Below, piece after piece: positions 1-6,118 of a stretch of 6,118 bases of DNA. Source of the stretch: a bacterium (GTDB taxonomy: Bacteria; Bacillota; Clostridia; Oscillospirales; Oscillospiraceae). Under the pieces are notes generated by a model. That model was not told the origin of the DNA and made no database searches. It saw only the letters and a list, made by a program, of their open reading frames with translations. The translations under genes and the position numbers were made by a program. Every line of letters starts with the position of its first letter. Position 1 is the stretch's first letter. The DNA lies in assembly GCA_963597355.1 (NCBI GenBank), contig CAVBPR010000002.1, positions 303,873 to 309,990 of the forward strand. Reading direction: 5' to 3'.

Positions 1-24
1 GAAAAATGCTTAAAAGGAATACCA

Positions 25-657
25 ATGGTCAGTCCAAAGGTCGAGGATCTGGCGAATGATTATTTAGCAAAGTATGATACCAAGGAAAAGGCTTGCAAAG
101 CCATGTTGAAAAATCAGATTACAAAGTGTACTACTTCTGGATTTATAACCGGTCTTGGCGGAATTATAACAATGCCGGTTGCGATTCCTGCAAATATAAG
201 CAGCGTAATTTATGTGCAGATGAGAATGATAGCATGTACAGCGTATATGGCAAACTTTGATTTGAACAGTGACCAAACGCAAACTTTTGTATATGCCTGC
301 CTTGCAGGGGTGGCCGTAAATGGTGTGTTAAAGCAGGCAGGAATCAAATTTGGTATGAAATTTGCCGAGGGTGTTGTAAAAAAGATACCGGGTAAAGTAT
401 TGACAAAAATCAATCAAAAGGTCGGGTTTCGATTCATCACGAAATTTGGTACAAAAGGACTTGTTAATCTCGGAAAAATGCTGCCTGGGGTTGGCGCTAT
501 TGTAGGTGGCGGCATGGATTTGGTAGAAACAAAGATCATTGCAGACCGTGCCTATAAATGGTTTATGTCAGGGGATTTCACAGTCAAGGATGAAAAAGAA
601 GAGGATGTTGTAATTATAGCGGATTCGGATTATGATGTGGCTGAGACAGAAGAATAA
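25..657 (+). CDS. EcsC-family membrane protein (putative). The 5' end may lie upstream of the window.
   Basis: This is a 210-codon ORF with AAGGA at 14-18, 6 nt before ATG25. The frame stays open back to base 1, so an earlier start outside the window cannot be excluded. Two Gly-rich hydrophobic blocks, 'TSGFITGLGGIITMPVAIPANISSVIYVQMRMIACTAYMANFD' and 'MLPGVGAIVGGGMDLVETKIIADRAYKWF', resemble from memory the two conserved blocks of B. subtilis EcsC (Pfam EcsC family). The protein ends in an acidic tail, 'DEKEEDVVIIADSDYDVAETEE'. The stop is TAA at 655-657. Confidence 0.6.
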   Translation: MVSPKVEDLANDYLAKYDTKEKACKAMLKNQITKCTTSGFITGLGGIITMPVAIPANISSVIYVQMRMIACTAYMANFDLNSDQTQTFVYACLAGVAVNGVLKQAGIKFGMKFAEGVVKKIPGKVLTKINQKVGFRFITKFGTKGLVNLGKMLPGVGAIVGGGMDLVETKIIADRAYKWFMSGDFTVKDEKEEDVVIIADSDYDVAETEE

Positions 658-762
658 ATTAGTTTTGAGTGCAGTGGATCATGCCATAGCAAACTGCCTA
701 GCATCTTATCTTATAGAGCAGTTGTAAGGCAAGCAGAATCCGGAACATAGAAAAGAAACATT

Positions 763-808
763 AATTGACCTTACTCCGAAGTTTAAATGGAGTAAGGTCA
801 ATTTTTAG
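763..808 (+). terminator. Rho-independent terminator of the EcsC-like gene
   Basis: A perfect inverted repeat pairs aattgaccttactcc (763-777) with ggagtaaggtcaatt (789-803) around an 11-nt loop (778-788). It runs into a T-tract (ttttt, 802-806), and a second T7 run lies at 821-827. The opposite strand has no clean T-tract, so the terminator is assigned to the + strand. Confidence 0.8.
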
Positions 809-880
809 ATTGGTTTGGTGTTTTTTTAGAAAAACAGGTTTATCTTAAACAATAATATTCACTGCAAAAATCTTTAGGTC

Positions 881-909
881 TTTTCATCTTAGAAAAAAAT
901 GTGTATAAT
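881..909 (+). promoter_or_regulatory. Putative sigma-A/sigma-70 type promoter for the nusB operon
   Basis: There is a perfect -10 TATAAT at 904-909, preceded by TGTG at 900-903 (near-extended -10 / TRTG-like). A -35-like TTTTCA (4/6 match to TTGACA) lies at 881-886 with a 17-nt spacer. The upstream region is A/T-rich and lies just downstream of a terminator. The predicted leader to ATG964 is about 45-50 nt. Confidence 0.45.
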
Positions 910-963
910 GACTAGCATAGTTTAAAATGCATGAAGTATCGCATAAAGATCGGGGGAAATGGA

Positions 964-1446
964 ATGACCAGAACAACAGCACGAGAAATTGCTGTCCACC
1001 TGGCTTATGAGCTTGGATTCAGCAATCAGTCGGTAGAAGAATTTTTGGAAGATAAGCTTTGTCCAGAGTATTTTTCTTCTATGGCTGATGTAGTATCTAT
1101 ATATGAAGAATATCCGGATGAGACCCAATTGCAATATATTCGCTCTATTGTGAGCGGTGTAGGGCACCATGGGTTTGAACTGGATAGTGATATTGAACGC
1201 TATGCCATTGGGTGGCGTTTTGAGCGTATTCCGCGTGTTGCGACGGCGATTATGCGGGTTGCTATGTTTGAAATCCTTTACATGCCTGATGTTCCCAATG
1301 GGGTCGCAATTAACGAAGCAATTGAGATTGCGAAAAAGTATGAAGAGGAAAAGGTTGTTTCGTTTATCAATGGCATTCTTGGTAAGTTTGTTCGCGCTGA
1401 GTGTGGCAGCTGTGATGAAACGGCAACTGCAGACCAGACAAAATGA
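964..1446 (+). CDS. nusB: Transcription antitermination factor NusB
   Basis: The N-terminus 'MTRTTAREIAVHLAYE' and the C-terminal block 'WRFERIPRVATAIMRVAMFEILYMPDVPNGVAINEAIEIAKKYEEEKVVSFINGILGKF' match the conserved NusB pattern (R-x-A-R-E; ...INEA-E-AK...S..F-NG-L). GGGGGA at 952-957 lies 6 nt before ATG964. The ORF-track start at 931 has no Shine-Dalgarno sequence. Confidence 0.9.
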   Translation: MTRTTAREIAVHLAYELGFSNQSVEEFLEDKLCPEYFSSMADVVSIYEEYPDETQLQYIRSIVSGVGHHGFELDSDIERYAIGWRFERIPRVATAIMRVAMFEILYMPDVPNGVAINEAIEIAKKYEEEKVVSFINGILGKFVRAECGSCDETATADQTK

Positions 1447-2381
1447 ACGCTTTTTTAGGGATTGATACCAGCAATTACACTACATCTGCTGCCGTTTTTC
1501 GAGATGATGGTACAGGACTAAATTCTTCTCGTTTGCTGGATGTGCCGCAGGGTGCGCTTGGACTGCGCCAAAGTGATGCGCTTTTTCAGCATGTCCGCCG
1601 CTTACCGGATCAGATAGCAGCTCTGGATCAGGCCGGTATGTTATCCGAAATTTCTGCTGTTGGTGCTTCCAGTGCACCGCGCACGGCGGAAGGTTCATAC
1701 ATGCCGTGCTTTCTTGCCGGTCTGTCACAGGGGAAGGTTCTGGCCCAGGCATTGCATGTCCCGTTTTTTGAATGTTCGCATCAACAGGGGCATGTGGCGG
1801 CGGCAGCGTGGAGTGCAGGGAAAATTGATTTGCTGGACAAACCTATGCTCAGTTGGCATCTATCTGGAGGAACGACAGAATTGTTGCTTGTCCATCCGGA
1901 GCATGAAATGCCGCAGATGGAGATTTTGGGTGGAACAGAGGATATTTCTGCAGGACAGTTGATTGATCGTACAGGGCAGAAATTGAGAATCTCTTTTCCG
2001 GCGGGAAAGGGATTGGATGCGTTGGCTGCAAAAAGTGGCAGCCAGGAATTTTTTGCAGTAAAACTGCGTGACCTCCATTTTTCTCTTTCCGGAGTTGAAA
2101 ATCAGGTGCAGAAGCGAATCGATGCCGGAATGCCCGCAGAGGATGTGGCGCGGTTTGTACTGAACACAGTGGCATATGTTATTGATCGGATTACTCAGGC
2201 AGCATTGAAACAGTACCACAATGCACCGGTACTGATGTCCGGTGGGGTAGCATCCAACATGTTACTGCGAAATAAACTCGATTATGCAAATTTTGCTCAG
2301 CCGCAATATTCAACGGATAATGCAATGGGGGTCGCTATTTTAACATCCCGCGCAATGGAAAGAGGATTGCTGAATGCCTGA
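1443..2381 (+). CDS. TsaD/Kae1 (peptidase M22 / 'O-sialoglycoprotein endopeptidase') family ASKHA-fold protein. It is a divergent paralog of unknown function.
   Basis: The 312-aa ORF carries several family hallmarks. 'GIDTSNYTTS' resembles the ASKHA phosphate-1 motif (TsaD has GIETSCDET). 'SHQQGH' (His113/His117, nt 1779-1793) resembles the TsaD metal-binding H-x3-H. 'SGGTTELL' resembles SGGHT. 'SGGVASN' resembles GGVAAN. 'STDNAMGVA' (Asp292, nt 2316-2318) resembles the metal-ligand motif CTDNAAM. The start overlaps the nusB stop as ATGA. Confidence 0.75.
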   Translation: MNAFLGIDTSNYTTSAAVFRDDGTGLNSSRLLDVPQGALGLRQSDALFQHVRRLPDQIAALDQAGMLSEISAVGASSAPRTAEGSYMPCFLAGLSQGKVLAQALHVPFFECSHQQGHVAAAAWSAGKIDLLDKPMLSWHLSGGTTELLLVHPEHEMPQMEILGGTEDISAGQLIDRTGQKLRISFPAGKGLDALAAKSGSQEFFAVKLRDLHFSLSGVENQVQKRIDAGMPAEDVARFVLNTVAYVIDRITQAALKQYHNAPVLMSGGVASNMLLRNKLDYANFAQPQYSTDNAMGVAILTSRAMERGLLNA

Positions 2382-3597
2382 TTTTTCGGATCAACCGCAA
2401 ATATTGTCGGTTTCAGAATTGAACCGTTACGTAAAAAAATGTCTGGATTCCGATGCTTTTCTTCGCAGCATTGCAGTTCGCGGCGAATTGTCAAATTATA
2501 AAAAACAGGGGCATCATTATTTTTCATTGAAAGATGAAAAAGGCGTTTTGTCCTGTATCATGTATGTCAATGCGACAAAGACTCTGCGTTTTCTTCCAGA
2601 GGATGGCATGCAGGTTATTGTTTTCGGCCGCGTGTCTGCTTTTTGGCAGGGCGGAAAATATCAACTTTATGCAGATATGATGGTTCCGGACGGAGTTGGA
2701 TCCGCCAACATGGCATTTGAGCAACTGTATGCAAAATTGGAAAAGGAAGGTTTGCTTGCGCTGGAACGCAAAAAAAGTCTTCCTCGTTATCCTCAAAGCA
2801 TAGCCTTAATTACATCGCCGGACGGGGATGCAATCAAAGACGTTGTTCGTATTTTGCGCGAGCGCTGGCCGATTGCAACGGTAAAGGTAATGGGCGTAAA
2901 AGTTCAGGGAAATCGCGCCGCAGCTGAGATGACAGGTGCAGTGTTGTATGCCAATCGTCATCGTGTGGCAGATATCCTCATCATTGGACGGGGTGGCGGT
3001 TCAAAAGAAGATTTATGGGCCTTTAATGACGAAAAACTTGCAAGGGCGATTGCGGGTTCCGAGATTCCGGTTATCACAGCAATTGGACATACGGCTAACG
3101 CGTCAATTGCTGATTTTGTTGCAGATTTGCGAGTTGTTACGCCAACCCATGCAGCGCAGAGTGCAGTTCCGGATCAATATGATGTGCAGCAACAATTGCA
3201 GAATGCAATTGTCTGCATGATGCAGGCAACGAAAAAGAAACTGCAAAATGAGCGACAGCATTTGGAACGACTGACATCCAGCCAAGCTCTGAGTCAACCT
3301 TTGCGCATGGTTTATGAGCGACGAGAGCAACTGGATTATGCGCAGCAGAAGCTATCAATTGCCTTGGAAAGAAACGCGGCGGTCTATCGGCGCCGATTAA
3401 CTGCGCTATGTGCATCTTTAGATTCATTGAACCCGCTCCGTGTTTTAACCAGAGGATATGGAATGACACAGAAAAAGGATGGCACCGTCATAGTATCTGC
3501 GGCACAAACACAGGTGGGGGAGCAGATCAGGGTTGTCTTCAGCGATGGGCAACTGGAGTGTACCGTAACAGAAAGAGAGCTGAAGTCGCATGAGTGA
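2374..3597 (+). CDS. xseA: Exodeoxyribonuclease VII large subunit
   Basis: The 407-aa ORF has an N-terminal OB-fold signature, 'LSVSELNRYVKKCLDSDAFLRSIAVRGELSNYKKQGHHYFSLKDEKGVLSCIMY'. The catalytic-domain motif 'GRGGGSKEDLWAFNDE' lies at nt 2986-3033, and the C-terminal region is coiled-coil-like. AGAGGA at 2361-2366 lies 7 nt before ATG2374. Confidence 0.93.
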   Translation: MPDFSDQPQILSVSELNRYVKKCLDSDAFLRSIAVRGELSNYKKQGHHYFSLKDEKGVLSCIMYVNATKTLRFLPEDGMQVIVFGRVSAFWQGGKYQLYADMMVPDGVGSANMAFEQLYAKLEKEGLLALERKKSLPRYPQSIALITSPDGDAIKDVVRILRERWPIATVKVMGVKVQGNRAAAEMTGAVLYANRHRVADILIIGRGGGSKEDLWAFNDEKLARAIAGSEIPVITAIGHTANASIADFVADLRVVTPTHAAQSAVPDQYDVQQQLQNAIVCMMQATKKKLQNERQHLERLTSSQALSQPLRMVYERREQLDYAQQKLSIALERNAAVYRRRLTALCASLDSLNPLRVLTRGYGMTQKKDGTVIVSAAQTQVGEQIRVVFSDGQLECTVTERELKSHE

Positions 3598-3823
3598 GGG
3601 TAAATTAAGCTTTGAAGAATCGATGACGCAACTGGAGAAGATTGTTGCCAAGCTGGAAAAGGGTGAGGTATCACTTGATGAATCAATTGCTCTTTTCGAA
3701 CAGGGAACAAGACTCGCCATGGATTGCAGCAAGATATTAGATCAGGCAGAACAATCGATCGTAAGGCTGACAAAGGGCGCAGATGGAAATCCGCAGGAGC
3801 AGCCAATGGAGTTGGACGTATGA
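3590..3823 (+). CDS. xseB: Exodeoxyribonuclease VII small subunit
   Basis: The 77-aa ORF contains 'LSFEESMTQLEKIVAKLEKGEVSLDESIALFEQGTRLAMDCSKILDQAEQSI', the typical XseB helical hairpin pattern (FE..L..LE.IV..LE.G...L..S...FE.G..L...C). It lies immediately after xseA with an 8-nt overlap. Confidence 0.9.
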   Translation: MSEGKLSFEESMTQLEKIVAKLEKGEVSLDESIALFEQGTRLAMDCSKILDQAEQSIVRLTKGADGNPQEQPMELDV

Positions 3824-4698
3824 ATGCTTTTGAACAGGAACTTGAGCACAGTCGCAAATTAGTTGAACAATACTTGTCCGGATGTTTTCAAGAAGGTACT
3901 CCGCAGGATCAGCTCTATCGTGCCATGTCCTATAGCTTAAATGCCGGGGGTAAACGGGTTCGCCCTATTTTGACCATGAAGTTTGCGAAGGCGGTTGGTG
4001 GATCAGAAGAACAGGCATTGCCGTTGGGATGTGGCATTGAAATGCTCCATACGTACTCTCTGATTCACGATGATTTGCCCTGCATGGACAATGATAGTTT
4101 GCGCCGTGGAAAACCAACCAACCATGTTGTGTTTGGTGAATGCACTGCCGTGTTGGCAGGAGATGCGTTGCAGGCAGCCGCATTCGATACAATTCTATCA
4201 GCGGATTTACCTGCATCTGTCCGTGCGGCTGCAGCGCTGGAGCTTGCACGAGGTGCCGGCGCAGATGGTATGTGTGCCGGTCAGATCCTGGACATGGAAG
4301 GTGAGACGCGCAAACTCGGTCTAAGTGAGGTCACCTTCATGCACAAAAAGAAGACGGGTGCATTGTTGGAATGCGCCTGCGTCATTGGAGTGCTGGCAGG
4401 AGGCGGAACACAGGAGCTTCAAGATGCGGCGCGCGCTTTTGCTGCTGAGATTGGGCTTGCGTTTCAAGTGCGGGACGACCTTTTAGATTGCATTTCCACA
4501 ACAGAGCAGATGGGAAAGTCGGTAGGCTCAGATAGAGCGAATCATAAATCGACCTTTGTCACTTTGCTGGGGGAAGAGGGCTGTGAAAGCTTGATTGCCG
4601 AATGTACGGAACGAGCAAAGGTGATTATTCATGAGTCCTTCAATGGTAATGTTTTTTTGTGCGCTATGGCAGATTGGCTGGCAGGTCGGATGACCTGA
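3820..4698 (+). CDS. ispA: Farnesyl-diphosphate synthase / (2E,6E)-polyprenyl diphosphate synthase (IspA type)
   Basis: The first Asp-rich motif 'DDLPCMDND', followed by 'SLRRGKPT', lies at nt 4069-4095. The second Asp-rich motif 'DDLLD' lies at nt 4474-4488 in 'FQVRDDLLD', followed by 'GKSVGSD'. The start is set at ATG3820 ('MNAFEQEL...'), which overlaps the xseB stop as ATGA and has GGAG at 3808-3811, 8 nt upstream. The ORF-track start at 3724 would overlap xseB by about 100 nt. Confidence 0.9.
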   Translation: MNAFEQELEHSRKLVEQYLSGCFQEGTPQDQLYRAMSYSLNAGGKRVRPILTMKFAKAVGGSEEQALPLGCGIEMLHTYSLIHDDLPCMDNDSLRRGKPTNHVVFGECTAVLAGDALQAAAFDTILSADLPASVRAAAALELARGAGADGMCAGQILDMEGETRKLGLSEVTFMHKKKTGALLECACVIGVLAGGGTQELQDAARAFAAEIGLAFQVRDDLLDCISTTEQMGKSVGSDRANHKSTFVTLLGEEGCESLIAECTERAKVIIHESFNGNVFLCAMADWLAGRMT

Positions 4699-4715
4699 AA
4701 TAAACAAAAGTAGAA

Positions 4716-4722
4716 AAGGAGG
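4716..4722 (+). promoter_or_regulatory. Shine-Dalgarno sequence for dxs
   Basis: AAGGAGG lies in the 27-nt ispA-dxs spacer. It is 3 nt before ATG4726 and 9 nt before the in-frame GTG4732. Confidence 0.6.
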
Positions 4723-4725
4723 AGA

Positions 4726-6118
4726 ATGCCAGTGTCGGAATGGAATGGCAAACGCCTCGAAAATTTAAATGATGATGCGTGCAAAGAAGTTTGCGATGAA
4801 ATTCGTTCGGCATTGCTGCATTCAGTGTCGCATACTGGCGGTCATTTGGCATCCAATTTGGGCACAGTCGAGTTGACGGTTGCCCTGCATCGTGTGTTTG
4901 ATTTCAATGTGGATCGTTTGATTTTTGATGTAGGACATCAGTGTTATACGCATAAAATGCTGACCGGAAGAGCGGATCAGATGAAAACACTTCGCAAACT
5001 TGGGGGATTATCTGGATTTCCCAAACCGCACGAAAGCAAGAGCGATGCTTTTATTGCCGGTCACGCCTCTAATTCCGTTTCCGTTGCATTAGGTATGGCG
5101 CGGGCGCGAACCCTTTTAAACCAAGACTATCGTGTGGTTGCGCTTATTGGCGACGGTGCGCTTACGGGCGGATTAGCCTATGAAGGACTTGCAGATGCAG
5201 GTAGCAGTGGCGAAAAACTGCTGGTTGTGTTGAACGATAACGGAATGAGCATCAAGAAAAATGTAGGCGGTGTTGCAAAGTTGCTGTCAAGGCAGCATCT
5301 TCGTCCCGGATACTTGCGGTTTAAGCGGAGATATCGCGATTTTACCCATGCTGTTCCCGGGGGGCGACAAGTCTATCATTTGACGCACAATTTAAAAAAG
5401 TTCTTAAAAAGCAGTTTCTTGCCCAGTGTTTTCTTTGAAGACATGGGCTTTGAATATATTGGACCTGTAGACGGAAATGACGTTGCCGAGTTAACTCGCT
5501 TGCTGCGTTGGGCGGATTCTTTGGATGGACCGGTGCTTCTTCATGTGCGTACTACAAAAGGAAAAGGATATTCACCCGCTGAAAAAACACCGGAACTATA
5601 TCATAGTGTAGGTGCCTTTTCTTTGAATGATGGAGTAGAGCCAACGCAGAAGCCAGATTTTTCTGCCGTCTTTGGCGAATGCCTTGTCGAGCTTGCGGAG
5701 AAGGATGATCGTATTTGTGCGATTACAGCCGCAATGCAGTCGGGCACCGGATTGGATGAATTTGCATCGAAATTTCCAGAACGTTTTTTTGACGTCGGCA
5801 TTGCAGAAGGGCATGCAGTTGCTATGTGCGCCGGAATGGCAAAACAAGGGCTGTTTCCGGTATTTGCTGTTTACTCCACGTTTTTGCAGCGCTCATACGA
5901 TATGTTGTTGCATGATGTATCCTTGCAGAATCTACATGTTGTTTTCGGCGTTGATCGCGCCGGGCTGGTTGGTGCAGACGGAGAGACGCACCAGGGAGTG
6001 TTTGACTTAGCTTATTTGTCTACGGTGCCGCATATCAATGTGCTTGCTCCCAGTAATTTTTCGGAAGTAAAAAGCATGCTGCACTCAGCCCTGTATGACT
6101 TTTCAGGCCCGGTAGCAA
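4726..6118 (+). CDS. dxs: 1-deoxy-D-xylulose-5-phosphate synthase, 3'-partial (runs off the window end)
   Basis: This gene is absent from the ORF track because no stop codon occurs in the window. Manual frame-1 translation from 4726 to 6117 is uninterrupted. It gives '...HSVSHTGGHLASNLGTVELTVALHRVFDFNVDRLIFDVGHQCYTHKMLTGR...'. The TPP-binding motif 'GDGALTGGLAYEGL...LNDNGMSI' lies at nt 5149-5241. The pyrimidine-binding domain reads '...RFFDVGIAEGHAVAMCAGMAKQGLFPVFAVYSTFLQRSYDMLLHDVSLQNLHVVFGVDRAGLVGADGETHQGVFD'. The true start may be GTG4732. Confidence 0.93.
   Translation, partial: MPVSEWNGKRLENLNDDACKEVCDEIRSALLHSVSHTGGHLASNLGTVELTVALHRVFDFNVDRLIFDVGHQCYTHKMLTGRADQMKTLRKLGGLSGFPKPHESKSDAFIAGHASNSVSVALGMARARTLLNQDYRVVALIGDGALTGGLAYEGLADAGSSGEKLLVVLNDNGMSIKKNVGGVAKLLSRQHLRPGYLRFKRRYRDFTHAVPGGRQVYHLTHNLKKFLKSSFLPSVFFEDMGFEYIGPVDGNDVAELTRLLRWADSLDGPVLLHVRTTKGKGYSPAEKTPELYHSVGAFSLNDGVEPTQKPDFSAVFGECLVELAEKDDRICAITAAMQSGTGLDEFASKFPERFFDVGIAEGHAVAMCAGMAKQGLFPVFAVYSTFLQRSYDMLLHDVSLQNLHVVFGVDRAGLVGADGETHQGVFDLAYLSTVPHINVLAPSNFSEVKSMLHSALYDFSGPVA

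Noticed and set aside
64-413. Two minus-strand ORFs (64..282, 210..413) lie inside the EcsC-like gene. The +2-frame ORF 1169..1465 and the minus-strand ORF 922..1170 overlap nusB.
   Set aside because: All are short, Cys/Ile/Phe-rich nonsense-like translations overlapping better-supported genes, and none has an initiation signal.
658-762. About 105 nt of untranslated spacer separates the EcsC-like stop from the terminator. ACTGC (693-697) could pair with either GCAGT at 671-675 or GCAGT(T) at 718-723, which hints at alternative hairpins.
   Set aside because: The stems are only 5-6 bp with large loops, which is easily chance in this length. I could not recognise a riboswitch, T-box or sRNA-like conserved core by eye. 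It would need covariance-model scanning or RNA-seq to be taken further.
826-897. A 9-nt direct repeat TTAGAAAAA occurs at 826-834 and 889-897, flanking the putative -35 region.
   Set aside because: It is low-complexity A/T-rich intergenic sequence, where a 9-mer of this composition recurs readily by chance. It may simply be UP-element-like A-tracts.
931-963. The ORF track adds an 11-codon N-terminal extension to nusB (MKYRIKIGGNG).
   Set aside because: No Shine-Dalgarno sequence precedes ATG931, and it would lie only about 15 nt from the predicted transcription start. The stretch contains the GGGGGA that serves as the Shine-Dalgarno sequence for ATG964, and 'MTRTTAREIA' matches the usual NusB N-terminus.
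25-1446. The EcsC-like gene looks more AT-rich than the operon, which might suggest horizontal acquisition.
   Set aside because: Hand counts on individual 60-nt lines range from about 33-42% GC in the EcsC-like gene, but also from about 35% to 55% within nusB and the Kae1-like gene. The variation is not clearly tied to a gene boundary, and no mobility genes, att-like repeats or tRNA flank it.
1480-2219. A cluster of long alternative-frame and antisense ORFs lies inside the Kae1-like gene (1480..1752 -, 1660..1962 +, 1849..2175 -, 1860..2219 -).
   Set aside because: Their translations are Cys/Arg/His/Pro-rich with no recognisable motifs and no Shine-Dalgarno sequences. They sit in the locally GC-richer part of a gene whose sense frame carries clear family motifs. 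This is the expected stop-codon depletion artefact.
3724-3819. The ORF track extends ispA upstream to ATG3724 ('MQQDIRSGRTIDRKADKGRRWKSAGAANGVGR...').
   Set aside because: The extension lies wholly inside xseB in another frame, is Arg/Gly-rich and not polyprenyl-synthase-like, and has no Shine-Dalgarno sequence. ATG3820 gives the classic ATGA coupling with the xseB stop, has a GGAG 8 nt upstream, and yields a normal 292-aa IspA.
3384-3857. A 157-aa minus-strand ORF lies antisense to the xseA 3' end, xseB and the ispA start. It is the longest unexplained ORF in the track.
   Set aside because: It is fully antisense to three well-supported conserved genes. The translation is Ser/Cys/Pro/Leu-rich and low-complexity-like, with no recognisable domain. 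No promoter or Shine-Dalgarno context is visible.
5596-6010. Three listed ORFs (5596..5847 -, 5601..5801 -, 5672..6010 +) lie in a region where the track shows no long sense-frame ORF.
   Set aside because: The region is inside dxs, whose frame-1 ORF is absent from the track only because it has no stop in the window. Frame 1 here encodes the conserved DXS pyrimidine-binding domain (DVGIAEGHAV...).

Overview
I found no convincing novel system in this window. It reads as ordinary core-genome sequence, a Firmicutes/Clostridia-style housekeeping operon on the + strand. The taxon call is an inference from gene order, Shine-Dalgarno usage and moderate GC content. An EcsC-family membrane protein gene (25..657) ends at a strong rho-independent terminator (763..808). 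A sigma-A-like promoter (881..909) follows and appears to drive nusB (964..1446), a divergent TsaD/Kae1-like ASKHA protein (1443..2381), xseA (2374..3597), xseB (3590..3823), an ispA-type farnesyl-diphosphate synthase (3820..4698) and dxs. The ORF track omits dxs because it has no stop codon in the window. I translated it by hand from 4726 (or GTG 4732) to base 6118 and found no stop or frameshift. The first five operon genes are joined by 4- or 8-nt start/stop overlaps. I found no rRNA, tRNA, CRISPR array, mobile element or long repeat. The most second-look-worthy item is the uncharacterised TsaD/Kae1 paralog, which sits where folD sits in the classical Bacillus nusB-folD-xseA-xseB-ispA-dxs cluster. 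All family assignments come from motif recognition by eye, not from searches.
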